Positions 34,356-49,952 of a stretch of DNA of 64,000 nt are shown here, in pieces (position 1 is the first letter of the stretch; each line of letters opens with the position of its first letter). The DNA comes from the human T2T-CHM13v2.0 reference genome, Homo sapiens. Made by a program: the position numbers and the translations under genes. Location of the stretch: the NCBI RefSeq assembly GCF_009914755.1, contig NC_060943.1. One strand, 5' to 3'. The notes under the pieces were generated by a model. It ran no database searches, was not told the origin of the DNA, and worked only from the letters and a program-made list of their open reading frames with translations.

Positions 34356-36045
34356 TGATATAGTTTGGATGTTTGGTCCCTCCATATCTCCAGTGTTGGA
34401 GGTGGGGCCTAGTGGGAGGTGTTGGATCCTGGGGGTGGGTCCTTCATAAATGGCTTAGTGCTATCCCCTTGGTGATTAGTGAGTTCCTGCTCAGTTAGTT
34501 CATGTGAGATCTGGTTGTTTAAAAGAATTTGGGTCCTCCAATTTCTCTCTCTTGTTCCTGCTCTCACTTTGTGACATGCCTGCTCCTACTTCACCTTCTC
34601 CCATGAGTGAAAGCTCCCTGAGGCCTCACCAGAAGCTGAGCACATGCCAGCACCACATTTCCTTTACAGTCTGAATAAATGTAAGCCAGTGAAACCTCTT
34701 TTCTTTATAAATTACCCAGCCTCAGGTATTTTGTTACAGTGACACAGAAATGAACTAATACAGAAAATTGGTACTGAGGTGCAATGCATTGCTATAAAGA
34801 TGCCTGAAAATGTGAAAGTGGCTCTGGAACTGGCTAATGGGCAGAGGTTGGAAAAAGTTTGGAGGGCTCAGAAGAAGATAAGAAGATGAGGGAAAACTTG
34901 GAACTTTTTTTTTTTTTAACTTTTTCACTGAGCCATGGGAACTTCTTACAGACTGATTAAATAGCTGTGACCAAAATGCTGGTGGGAATATGGACAATGA
35001 AGTCCAGGCTGATGAGATCTCAGATGGAAATGAGGAAGTTATTGGGAACTGGAGTAAAGGTCACCCATGTTATGTCCTAGCAAAGAACTTTGCTGCTTTG
35101 TGTTCATGCCCTAGGGATTTCTGGAAGCTTGAACTTAAGAGTGATAACTTAGGGTACCTGGCAAAAGAAATTTCTGAGCAGCAAAGCATTCAAGAAGTGG
35201 CCTGGCTGCCTCACTGCTTCAAACAGCCTACAATTATATATGGGAGCAAAAAAATGACTTAAAGTTGGAATTTATATTTAAAAGGTAAGCAGAGTATAAA
35301 AGTTTGGAAAATTTGCAGCCTGGCCATTTAGTAGAGAAAGAAAAAGCATTTTTAGGAGAGGAATACATGTCGGCTGTGGAGCAACCACTTGCAAAAGAGA
35401 TTTGCATGACTAACAGAAAGCCAAGTGGTAATATCTGAGACAATGGGAAAAAGACCTGGAAGACATTTCAGAAGTCTTCAGGAAAGTCCCTCCCATCACA
35501 GGCCTAGGGGCCTAGGAGAAAAGAATGGTTCCAAGGGCCAGGCCCAGGGACCCCCTGCCCTGAGCAGCCTCAAGACATTGTGCCCTGAATCCGGCCACTC
35601 TGGCTCCAGCCTCAGCTTAGAGTGCCCCAGGCGCAGGTTGGGTTGCAGCTCCAGAGGGTTCAAGCCTTGATAGTTGTGGTAGTTTCCACATTGTGTTAAG
35701 GCTGCAGATGCTCAGAATGCAAGCATGAAGGAGGCTTGGCAGCTTCTACCTAGATTTCAAAGGATGTATGAGAAAGCCTGGGATCCCAGTCAGAAGCCTG
35801 CCACAGTGGGGGAGCCCCAACAGAGAACCTCTACCAGGGCAGTGCCAAGGAGAAATGTGAGGGCTCCCCACAGAGTCCCCACTAGGGCACTACCTAATGG
35901 ATCTGTGGTAAGGGGACCACTGCCCTCTGAGAAGTGGTCCTGAGACCACTGCTCAGTCATATCACTTGGCTGCCCAAGGCCTTGGGAGTCTATCTCTTAT
36001 ACCAGGATGTGGGACATGGAGTCAAGGATTATGTTGGAGCTTTAA
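34356..36045 (+). mobile_element. MaLR MST (MSTA/B) 5' LTR (34356-34762) plus truncated MST-int
   Basis: TGATATAGTTTGGATG...GAACTAATACA LTR followed by GAAAATTGGTACTGAG; internal ORF MDNEVQADEISDGNEEVIGNWSKGHPCYVLAK typical of MaLR-int. Confidence 0.88.
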
Positions 36046-36172
36046 GAGCCCTGGCTGGAGTACAGTAGCACAATCCTAACTTGCTGCAGCCTTTAACTCC
36101 TAGACTCAAGCTATCCTCCTGCCTCAGCCTCCCAAGTAGCTGGGATTACAGGCTCAAGCCACAGCACCTGCC
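36046..36172 (-). mobile_element. Alu monomer (FLAM/FRAM-like) lacking its tail
   Basis: GGCTGGAGTACAGTAG...GCCTCAGCCTCCCAAGTAGCTGGGATTACAGG...CACCTGCC. Confidence 0.75.
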
Positions 36173-37654
36173 TCTTCATATGCTCTTTACCCAAATTTTC
36201 CAATTATTTACATTTTGTATTTTGCTTTGTTAACACCCATCAGCCAAATACCACTGGGAAAAAACTTATAATGAGAAACAACTTATTGTAGCTTTCTGCA
36301 TCAAGGAAGCCCACATAGCAAGGTGATCATGGAGTGTCTTGGTAAGAGGCATTTAGGAAGGGCTGGCTATAGAGTTTCATATAAGATACTAGGTAGTATT
36401 AGATATAATATTAAGTAATATCACTATTAAATACTAGATATCAATTAAAAGACTATTAATATTAGTTAATTCTGTTACCTATTAGATATGGCTAGACACC
36501 ATCATCTTTTCTATCCAAACTCCCATATTTAAATTTGTTGTGCTTTTTAAAGTTCTTGTAACTGTTTTCCCCCATCCCCCAGTCCAAAGTCCAATTTTAT
36601 GTACTGCTTTTAGGTGTCACATTTCTGTAGTCTTCTTTAATCTAGAAAGATTCAACAGGCTTTGTCTTTTTATTCTTGACATCCTTGAAGTATATAGGCA
36701 AAGTATTTTATAGAAAGATAGTCATTTGGGATTTATGTATTTCTTGTTTAGGTTCAGATTATGCATTGTTGGTGTGGATACCACAGAAGTGTTGAAGTGT
36801 CATAACAGGGGCCAAATGATGTCTGTTTTTCCCTTCATTGGAGATCTCAACTTTGTTCACTTGGCCAAGATGATATCTTTCAGATTTTTCCACTGAAAGG
36901 TTACTTTTTAATTAAATTTTGAAAATAAAAACGTTTCTTACGGGAGATACATTATTAGTGGGCATTATCCTGTAAAGATAAGCTTCCACTTCTCCCCGAT
37001 TTATTAATCAGTTTCTTCAACTATAAATATTCTATCAATATGGACCCACAATCCAGTTAAATAACATGTAGATTAACCGTTATTATTTCCAACTTTATTG
37101 AGGTGTATTTTACATGTCATAGAATTTACCCATTTCAGGCGTACGATTTAATAATCTTCAGGAACTTTGAACAGTGGTGTGACCGTCATCATAATTCAGT
37201 TTAGATCATTTTCGCCCCCCAATTGGACTCCTTGTGCTTATGTACAGTTAAACCTCATTCTCACCTCAAATCTGGAGCAACCACTAACCTACTTTCTCTA
37301 TATATACATTTGCTTATTCTGGATATTTTATAAAATTGAATTTTACAATCCATGGGGTTTTTAGACTGGCTTCTTTAACTTAGCATAATGTTTCCAAGGT
37401 TCATACATGTTGTAGCATGAGCCAGTTCTTCACTCCTTTGAATTTCCAAATAAAATTCTGTTGTATGGATATGCCATGATTTGTCTATTCATTTACCCGT
37501 AGGAGGGCATTTTGCTTGTTTGCAGTTTGGGGTTATGAGTAATGCTGCTATGAACATTCATGTGCTAATTGAAAATACTTGTCTATGTTGGTGGTCGGCA
37601 TTCCTAGTTACCATTTCCTGTCTGTTTTTCTGCCTTTCCTGGCACTTTCCAGGC

Positions 37655-37735
37655 ATGATTTCACCTTCACTTGAACTGCTTCATTCAGGACTCTGCAAAT
37701 TCCCTGAAGTAGAAGGAAAAATGACCACATTCAAA
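37655..37735 (+). CDS. ZNF221: ZNF221 coding exon 1 (MISPSLELLHSGLCKFPEVEGKMTTFK); exon starts at 37653
   Basis: Acceptor TTTCCAG|GC, ATG at 37655, in-frame second ATG at 37721, donor AAA|GTGAGT; in phase with the KRAB exon. Confidence 0.9.
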
Positions 37736-39874
37736 GTGAGTAGGGCTTGCCTCTCTTGCTGTTAAAATTCCATCTTACTACTCATATTGTCACATTTTTA
37801 TCTGTCTTGGGAAGACTCAAGGAGAACAACAAGCATTTGAGGGCATTTTGTTTGCCAGATGCTTCCTTTGCTGCTTTTGAATTGACTTTCCGTTTGGTTT
37901 TAGTTCTTGTTTTCTTACATAATTTCTTTTCTGTAGTAGATAAAATAGTAGGAATGGATAATTCTTTCACTTCACTACTTCTCTGCTCACAAATTAGCTG
38001 TTTTTATCTTGTATTCTTCATCATGTACATTCATAACTGTATTTTTATTGATGACATACCTCTAATTTTAAATTGTGCTCGTTTTATATAATATTATATA
38101 ATGTTCCATTTTTATATTGGTATCATAGTCCCAATGAATTAATGTACCTTCTTATTTTTAACTACTTCACACTCATAGACATTTAGGTGGTTTAGGAATT
38201 TTACTGTTTTAAGCAACACTGCTGTGACAGCTTTCCTATATATAACCCCTTCCCCCCAAAATTAATTCTGAAAACAAGATAGGATACTTTTGACATGTAT
38301 TACATTGGCTGTTTTATAGATGGTAGATTATTTCAACAGGGCACAGCACATGAGGCTCTGACTGCTACTTCCCACAAATATTGTTGTTGGAGTTTTCACA
38401 CAGGAAGAGCTAGATTCTGTGTTTGCCATGCCTTACTCATACCTTGTATGCATGTTATTTATTGGTCTCTTCTTATTCCTTTATGGAGTAAGCAGTTTTA
38501 CCAAAGTAGTAGGTACCTTCATTTGAAATGTCCAGTGATACTGGAAGATTGGCCAATCACTTGTGTTGTGTTACTATATTTACTCAGAGAAGCAGAATGC
38601 AGGTTTTAGTCTCATCTTCCTCTTAAACTCATAAAATATGAGAAATCTGCTCAGATTCACATAGGCAACCAAGGTCAGGAATGTTAGCCATTCTGCTCAT
38701 TTATAATCAAATAAGTGAGAATGATATTAATACAATGAATTCTTCTTCCTAATCATATTACCGAAACCATGGGAATATTTACAACCTGCTCTTAACCATC
38801 ATAAGGAGAATAAGGGTACTTGTGTTCACTCGGAAGAGTGGGAAGTAGGTAAAAAATTTGGAAGAAAGTATGAAATTATGTAATCACAATTTTAAATGTG
38901 TTTATTGACATTCTCATTTTCATTTGACATTATTTTAAATAATCAGGAGAATAAAGTCTATATAAAATTATTTTCTTTACAGGATTGATAATAAAAAATA
39001 TTTAATATGAAGTATTCATTATTTAAATAAAAAGAGATCATTTTTGCCCTGGAATACTTTGCAGATATGAAATGAGATGAAATAAATAACAATAATGACA
39101 GTTATAATAAAAATAGATAATATTTATTAAATACTTAGTCTTTGCCACACAGTTTTCCCAATGCTATATATATTTCCTTCTTTAATCCTTGAAAAAACGA
39201 TACCAGGTGAAAATCATTATACAGACAGGAAACTAATGCATGTAGGTGAGCTTGTCCAAAGCCACACATCTAGGAAGGGACAAAGCTTTGGGATGTGCTC
39301 TGAGGCATGATGGTTCCATATCATGACATTGAATGATGCAACTAATGCATGTAGTTTGTGCCTTGAGCATATAGAGGATGCAATGCATAGCTGTCCCACA
39401 CAGGTCACCATATACTGGTTAGTTTGACAGATACTAAAGAAAAGTTAACAACATCCACAGTTTGAGTATGAAAGGAAGACAATGGAAGAGAGGAAGACAA
39501 TGGAAATTATCAAAGTTGGGACTAAACTTCTAAATGTTACTGGGGCAATTGGCAACACACTAAAACCTAAATACCTGTAGCCCAGGAGGCAGCATGTAGA
39601 GTCCTAGAGGGCTACTTACAAGTAGACTCAATGACTGCACAAAGTAAAAGTACAGGACTTCTTTTATATCATTGCACTTCTGATGAAGCTCATGAAAATC
39701 TGCGTGTGTCATTGTCAGGATATAGGCAGAATGAGTGGGAAATCTGTATGTTGACCTACATCCCTCAAGATCTAGGACAACTTACCACACCTGTCCCCTT
39801 TGCCTACTTAGTGCCACCCTTCTTTGAATAATCATTGGTCATAAGATTTAGGTTTTGTATGTTGGATATTTTAG

Positions 39875-40021
<147 letters not shown>

Positions 40022-40157
40022 TAACAGAATGTTAGGCCCCAGGAATGGCTTTGTATTCCAAGTTTGAGTATGCATTGGGAACCTAAATTTCCAGTAAATT
40101 TTCCCTAGATATTACCTACAATGGGTTGGAATTAAGCATGTCACTGTGTGTTCACAG

Positions 40158-40250
40158 GGAATCAACCATTCCACCAAGATACTTTCCACTTCTTAGGGAA
40201 GGAAAAGTTTTGGAAGATGAAGACAACAAGCCAAAGAGAAGGGAATTCAG
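40158..40250 (+). CDS. ZNF221: ZNF221 KRAB-B/b exon ([31 protein letters not shown])
   Basis: 93 nt; TTCACAG| acceptor and CAG|GTAAGA donor; frame preserved. Confidence 0.93.
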
Positions 40251-42199
40251 GTAAGAACCAAGTAACTGTGCATCCTTGTACATGACTCTTCCATCTGTTT
40301 TACTTCTGTCCATGCCTATTTCCATCACCCTGGTCTAAATTGCCAAACTGCTTTCATAACTTATTGCAACTGCCTTCCTTCTTTAAAGTTCCTTTGGGTT
40401 CATTATTCATGTTCATATTTTATTAGTTTCATAATTTATCATACAAGATTTTAGACTAGGAAATTTACCAGAATTAGTAACGGGTTAAGTGTATGTATGT
40501 TATTAATTATTTAATTCAGTCTTTTATTTCTACCAGGATTTTACATATGAGATGTGATGTGGTTCTAAATTGTTCTCTTGAAAACCAAAGACCATAGTGC
40601 ACTCGGAAAACATGAACTTAATGTTTCCTGTTTTCATTAAAGTTTAATGCCATGTCCTAAGTGTGAAATCTTGAAAACATTGAATAGGGCTTCACTTGCC
40701 CACATATATTAATTCTGTGTCTTTTTAGGAGGCAAGATCCAAATTGAGATGGAGACTGTTCCAGAAGCAGGACCACATGAAGAGTGGTCCTGTCAGCAAA
40801 TATGGGAACAAATTGCAAGTGACCTAACCAGGTCTCAAAACTCCATAAGGAACAGCTCTCAGTTCTTCAAAGAAGGTGATGTCCCCTGCCAGATTGAGGC
40901 AAGACTATCTATAAGTCACGTGCAACAGAAACCTTACCGTTGTAATGAATGTAAACAGTCCATCAGTGATGTTTCTGTCTTTGATCTTCATCAACAATCA
41001 CACTCAGGAGAGAAATCTCATACATGTGGTGAGTGTGGAAAAAGCTTCTGTTACAGCCCAGCCCTTCATATTCATCAGAGAGTCCATATGGGAGAAAAAT
41101 GCTATAAGTGTGATGTGTGTGGTAAGGAATTTAATCAGAGCTCACATCTGCAAACTCATCAGAGAGTCCATACTGGAGAGAAACCATTCAAACGTGGGCA
41201 ATGTGGGAAAGGCTTCCATAGTAGATCAGCACTTAATGTTCATTGCAAATTGCACACAGGAGAGAAACCTTATAATTGTGAGGAATGTGGGAAAGCCTTC
41301 ATTCATGATTCACAGCTTCAGGAACATCAGAGAATCCATACTGGGGAGAAGCCATTCAAATGTGATATATGTGGTAAGAGCTTCCGTGTTAGATCAAGAC
41401 TTAATAGGCATTCCATGGTTCACACAGGAGAAAAACCATTCAGATGTGATACATGTGGCAAGAACTTTCGTCAGAGATCAGCACTTAATAGTCATTCCAT
41501 GGTCCACATAGAAGAGAAGCCATACAAATGTGAGCAATGTGGAAAAGGCTTCATTTGTAGGCGAGATTTTTGTAAGCATCAGATGGTCCACACAGGAGAG
41601 AAACCATATAATTGTAAAGAATGTGGGAAGACCTTCAGATGGTCCTCATGTCTTTTGAACCATCAGCAAGTCCACAGTGGACAAAAATCCTTCAAATGTG
41701 AAGAATGTGGGAAGGGATTTTATACAAATTCACGACGATCTTCCCATCAGAGATCCCACAATGGAGAAAAGCCATATAACTGTGAGGAGTGTGGTAAGGA
41801 CTATAAAAGGAGGTTGGATCTTGAGTTTCACCAGAGGGTCCACACGGGTGAGAGACCCTATAATTGTAAGGAATGTGGCAAGAGCTTTGGCTGGGCCTCC
41901 TGTCTTTTGAAACATCAGAGACTCCACAGTGGGGAAAAACCTTTCAAATGTGAAGAGTGTGGAAAGAGATTTACTCAGAGTACACAACTTCATTCCCATC
42001 AGACATGCCATACTGGAGAAAAGCTATACAAATGTGAGCAGTGTGAGAAGGGGTACAACAGTAAATTTAATCTTGACATGCACCAGAGGGTCCACAGGGG
42101 AGAGCGACCCTATAATTGTAAGGAATGTGGAAAGAGCTTTGGCTGGGCTTCATGTCTTTTGAAACATCAGAGACTCCACAGTGGAGAAAAGCCATTGAA

Positions 42200-43441
<1,242 letters not shown>

Positions 43442-44091
43442 TGTGATATTAAAGGATCAAAAGGAGAAAACATATTTCAAAATTGTATCTAAAAGAGGAA
43501 ACCTGGGATAGACCAAGATGGCCAATTAGAAGCAGCTATGGTTCATGGTACTCATACAGAGGAATGAAAATGACAGATAAATTCAGCACCTTCAACTGAA
43601 ATATCTAGGTTCTCTCATTGGGACTGACTAGGCAATCAATTCAACCCACAGAAAATGAAGAAAAGTAGGGTGGAGTTATGGCCCACTTGGTGTGGCATGG
43701 AGCCAAAGGAAACCTCACCCCCACCCAAGGGAAGCAGTGAGTGATTGTGCGACCCTGCGCAGGAAACCATGCTACTCAAGGATCTTTGCAACCCACGGGT
43801 CAGGAGATCTCCTTGTGAGCCCATGCCACCAGGGCCTTGGGTTTGATACACAGAGCTGTGTGGAGTTTTGGCAGAGCGGCCTCTCAGGCACACACAGAGA
43901 CCCAGGAGGTTTACATGCTCTAGCCCCAGAATTCCTGGCAAGGTGGCAGATTCATCCTTATATTCCCCTAGGAAGGGGGCTGAATCCAGGGAGCCAGGCA
44001 GCAACATTCTGTGGGCCCCACTTCCATGGCACCTTACAAAACCCACTGGCTTGGAATTTCAACCAACCAACAGCAACAGGCTTCAGCCTGA

Positions 44092-44577
<486 letters not shown>

Positions 44578-47500
44578 TAAGCAGGACCCTGATCCATTCC
44601 TCCCCACTGTGTGGGGTCTCCCTGTGGGGGGTCTTCAGTCACTCCAGCCAGGCTTATACTGACAGAAATCTCATCTCTACCTCAGATGGAGCTCCCAGGG
44701 GAGTGGCGACCACTGTCTCTATGGTTCGGTTGACAAAGCTGTTCCAGCCTGCTGGCTTTGGAGAGTCTGGGCAATCTGGGTGAGGAAGGGTCCTCCCCCA
44801 CCGCAGCACACCTGCTGTACCAAAAGCAGTTGGACTGCTTCTGTAAGTAGGTCCCTGATCCTGTTCCTCCTGACTCAGAGAGACCTCCCAACAGGAGTCT
44901 CTAGACACCTCCTACAGGAGTCTTCAGGCCAGAAACTGGTCAGTATCCCCCTGGGACAGAGTTTCCAAAAGAAGGAGAAGGCTGCCATCTTTGCTGTTTT
45001 GCAGCTTTCACTGGTGACACCTCCAGGTATGGGAAAAATGGAGGCAACTAGGGTCTCGAGCAGACCCCAGCAAACTGTGGCAGCCCTACAGTTGCTAACA
45101 GTCAGTGGCTTGACTGTTAAAAGAAAAACAGGCAGAAAACAACAAGAACATCAACAAAAAGACCCCACAAAAACCCCATTCAAGGGTCAGCAACCTCAAG
45201 ATTGAAGGTAGGTAAGCCCACAGATATGATAAAAAGTCAACACAAAAAAATGCTGAAAACTCAAAAAGCCAGAGCGCCTCTTCTCCAAATGACTACAGCA
45301 CCTCTCTAGCAAGGGTACAGAACTGGGCTGAGGCTGAGATGGCTGAACTGACAGAAGTAGGCCTCAGAAAGTGGGTAATGAACTTTGCTGAGCTAAAGGA
45401 GCATGGCATAACCCAATGCAAAGAAGCTAAGAATCATGATAAAACAATACAGGAGCTGATGACCAGAATAGCCAGTTTAGAGAGGAACATAACTGACTTG
45501 ATGGAGCTGAAAAACACAACACAAGAACTTAACAATGCAATCACAAGTATCAATTGTAGAATAGACCAAGAGGAGGAAAGAGACTCAGAGCTTGAAGACT
45601 ATCTTTCTGAAATAAGACAGGCAGAGAAGAATAGAGAAAGAATGAAGAGTAATGAACAAAACCTCTGAAAAAAAATATGGAGTTATGTAAAAAGACTGAA
45701 CCTATGACTGATTGCGGAACCTGAAACAGATGGGGAGAATGGAAACAAGTTGGAAACATACTTTAGGATGTTATCCAGGATAACTTTCCAAACCTAGCAT
45801 GACAGGCTAATATTCAAATTCAGGAAATGCAGAGAACCCCGGTAAGATACTCCATGAGAAGATCAACCCCAAGACACATAATCATCAGATTCTCCAAGGT
45901 CAAAATTAAAAAATGTAAAGGGCAGTCAGAGAGAATGAAAGGTCAGGTCCCCTACAAAGGGAAGCCCATCAGACTAATAGCAGACATCTCAGTGGAAACC
46001 CTACAAGCCAGAAGATATTGGGGGTCAATATTCAGCATTCTTAAAGAATTCTTTGCCAGAATTTAGTATCTGGCCAAAGTAAGCTTTATGTGCAAAGAAA
46101 TAAGATCCTTTTCAGACAAGCAAATGCTGAGAGAATTCATCACCACCAGGCCTTCCTTGCAAGAGTTCCTGAAGGAAGCACTAAATATGGAAAGAAAAAA
46201 CCATTACCAGCCACTACAAAAACACACTGAAGTACATAGACCAATGACACTATAAAGCAACCACATAAACAAGTCTGCAAAATAACCAGCTAGCATCATG
46301 ATGGCAGGATCAAATTCACACATAACAATACTAATATCAAATGTAAATAGGCTAAATGCCCCAATTGAAAGACAGAGAAGTGCAAGCTGGATAAAGAGCC
46401 AAGACCGATTGATACGCCATGTTTAAGAGACCCATCACATGTGTAAAGACACACATAGGCTCAAAATAAAGGGATGGAGGAAAATCTACCAAGAAAATGG
46501 AAATCAGAAAAAAGCAGGAGTCACAATCCTAGTTTTTGACAAAACAGACTTTAAACCAACAAAGATAAAAAAAAAAAGACAAAGCAAGGCATTACATAAC
46601 AGCAAAGGGTTCAACAAGAAGATCTAACTATTCTAAACATATATACGCACCCAATAGCAGAGGACCCAGATTCATAAAGTAAGTTCTTAGAGACCTACAA
46701 AGAGACTTAGACTCCCACACAGTAATAGTGGGAGACTTTAACACTCCATTGACAATATTAGATCATTGAGATAAAAAATTAACAAAGATGTTGAGGACCT
46801 TAACTCAGCTCTGGATTAAGCAGACCTGATAGATATCTGCAGAACTCTCCACTCCAAAACAACAGAATATACATTTTTCTCATCATCACATGGCTCTTAA
46901 AAATTGATCACATAATCGGAAGTAAACACTCCTCAGCAAATGCAAAAGAACTGAAATCATAACAGTCTCTCAGACCATAGCACAATCAAATTGAACTCAA
47001 GATTAAGAAATTCACCCAAAAAATTAAAACAAAAATGAAATTAACTCAGAACCACACAACTATGTGGAAATTGAATAACCTGCTTGTGAATGACTCCTGG
47101 GTAAATACTGAAATTAAGGCATAGATCAAGAAATTATTTGAAACTAATAAGAATAAAGACACAATGTACCAGAATCTCTGGGATGCAGCTAAAGAAGTGT
47201 TAAGACAGAAATTAATAGCACTAAATGCCCACATCAAAAAGCTAGAAAGATCTCAAGTTAACAACATCACAACTAAAATAGAGAACCAAAAACAAACCCC
47301 AAAGCTAGCAGAATACAAGAAATAAGATCAGAGCAGAACTCAAGGAGACAGAGACACAAAAAATCTTTCAAAAATTAACAAATCCAGGAGCTGGTTTTTT
47401 GAAAAAAATTAATAGACTGCTAACTAGACTAATAAAGAAGAAAAGAGAGAAGAATCCAACACAATCAGAAATGATAAAGGGGATATCACCACTGACCCCA

Positions 47501-48616
47501 CAGAAATACAAGCAACCATCAGAGAATATTATAAACACCTCTCTGCACATAAACTAGAAAATCTAGAAAAAGAGAATAAATTTCTGGAAACATACACCCT
47601 CCTAAGGCTGAACCTGGAAGAAATTGAATCCTTGAATAGACCAATAACGACTTCTGAAATTGAGGCAGTAATAGTCTACCAAAAAAAAAAAAAAAAAAAA
47701 AAAAAAGCCCAGGACCAGACAAATTTACAGCTGAATTCTACCAGAGGTACAAAAAAGAGCTGGTACCATTTCTACTGAAACTATTCCAAACAATTGAAAA
47801 GAAGGGATTCCTCCTTAACTCTTTTTATGAGGCCAGCATCATCCTGATACCAAAACCTGGCAGAGATAAAACGAAAAAAGAAAACTTCAGGCCAGTATCC
47901 CTGATGACTATCAATGCAAAAATCCTCAACAAAATACTGGCAAACTGAATCCAGCAGCACATCAAAAAGCTTATCTACCACAATCAAGTTGGCTTCATCC
48001 CCAGGATGCAATGTTGGTTCAACATATGCAAATCAATAAATGTGATCACATAATGAGAACCAAAGACAAAAATCACATGATTCTCTCAATAGATGCAGAA
48101 AAGGCCTTTGATAAAATTCAACATCCCTTCATGCTAAAAGCTCTCTGTAAACTAGGTACTGAAGGAACATACCTCAAAATAATAAGAGCCATAGATTTCA
48201 AACCCACAGCCAATATCATACTGAGTGGGCAAAAGTTGTAATCATTCCCCTTGAAAACTGGCACAAGACAAGGACCATCCCCCCGCCCTTTCCCCACTCC
48301 TATTCAACACAGTATTGGAAGTTCTGGCCAGTCAAGTCAGACAAGTGAAAGAAATAAAGCATATTCAAATAGAGAGGAAGTCACAGTATCTTTGTTTGCA
48401 GATGACATGATCCTATATCTAGAAAACCCCATCATCTCAGCCCAAAAGCTTTTTAAGCTGATAAGCAACTTCAGCAATGTCTCAGGATACAAAATCAATG
48501 TGCAAAACCGCTAGCATTCCTATAAACCAACGACAGGCAAGCAGAGAGCTGAATCATGAATGAACTCCCATTCACAATTGCTACAGAAAGAATAAGTTAT
48601 CTAGGAATACAGCTAA

Positions 48617-48943
<327 letters not shown>

Positions 48944-49654
48944 TAACGAAAACAGCATAGTACTGGAACAAAAACAGACACATAGACAAATGGAACAGAA
49001 TAGAGAACTCAGAAATAAGACCACACACCTACAACCATCTGATATTCAACAAACCTGACAAAAACAAGCAGTGGGGAAATGATTCCCTATATAATAAACG
49101 GTGCTGGGAGAACTGGCTAGCCATGCACAGAAAATTGAAACTGGACTCCTTCCTTACACATTATACAAAAATTAAGATGGATTAAAAACTTATGAAACCC
49201 AAAACTATAAAAACCCCAGAAGAAAATCTAGGTGATACCATCCAGGACATAGGGACAGGCAAAGATTTCACGATGAAAACACCAAAAGCAATTGCAACAA
49301 AAGCAAAATTTGACAAATGGGATCTAATTAAACTAAAGAGCTTCTGCACACCAAAAGAAACTATTATCAGGGTGAACAGACAACCTACAGAATGGGAGAA
49401 AATCTTTGCAATCTGTCCATCTGACAAAGGTCTAATATCCAGAGCCTACAAGGAACTTAAACAAATTTACGAGAAAAAAAACCATTAAAAAGTGGGCAAA
49501 AGACATCAACAGGCACTTCTCAAAAGAAGACGTACATGCAGCTGACAAACATGAAAAAAGCTCAACATCACTATCATTAGATAAATGCAAATCAAAACCA
49601 CAATGAGATACTGTCTCACATCAGTCACAATGGCAATTATAAAAAAGTAAAAAG

Positions 49655-49952
49655 CCATTTGCAGCAGCTCAAAGTGCTGTAATCCCAAACCTTTGGGAGG
49701 CTGAGGTGGGTGGATCACTTGAGGTCAGGAGTTGGAGACCAGCCCGGCCAACATGGCGAAACGAACCCCTGTCTCTACTAAAAATACAAAAAATTAGCTG
49801 GATGTGGTGGTGCATGCCTATAATCCCCAGCTACTTGGGAGGCTGAGGCATGAGAATTGGTTGAACCGGAGGCAGAGGTTGCAGTGAGTCAAGGTCATGC
49901 CACTGCACTTCAGCCTGGGCAACAGTGAAACTGTGTCTCAAAAAAAAAAAAA
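49655..49952 (+). mobile_element. AluS inside L1 ORF2, 3' region
   Basis: Alu dimer with A-tail; AAAAAGT.AAAA flanks. Confidence 0.9.

Noticed and set aside
34990-35943. ORFs of 70-90 aa in ZNF221 intron 1
   Set aside because: Fragmented MaLR internal ORF.
39472-39505. 18-bp tandem duplication AGGAAGACAATGGAAGAG (also a 28-bp one at about 33961-34010)
   Set aside because: Simple slippage duplications with no functional sign.
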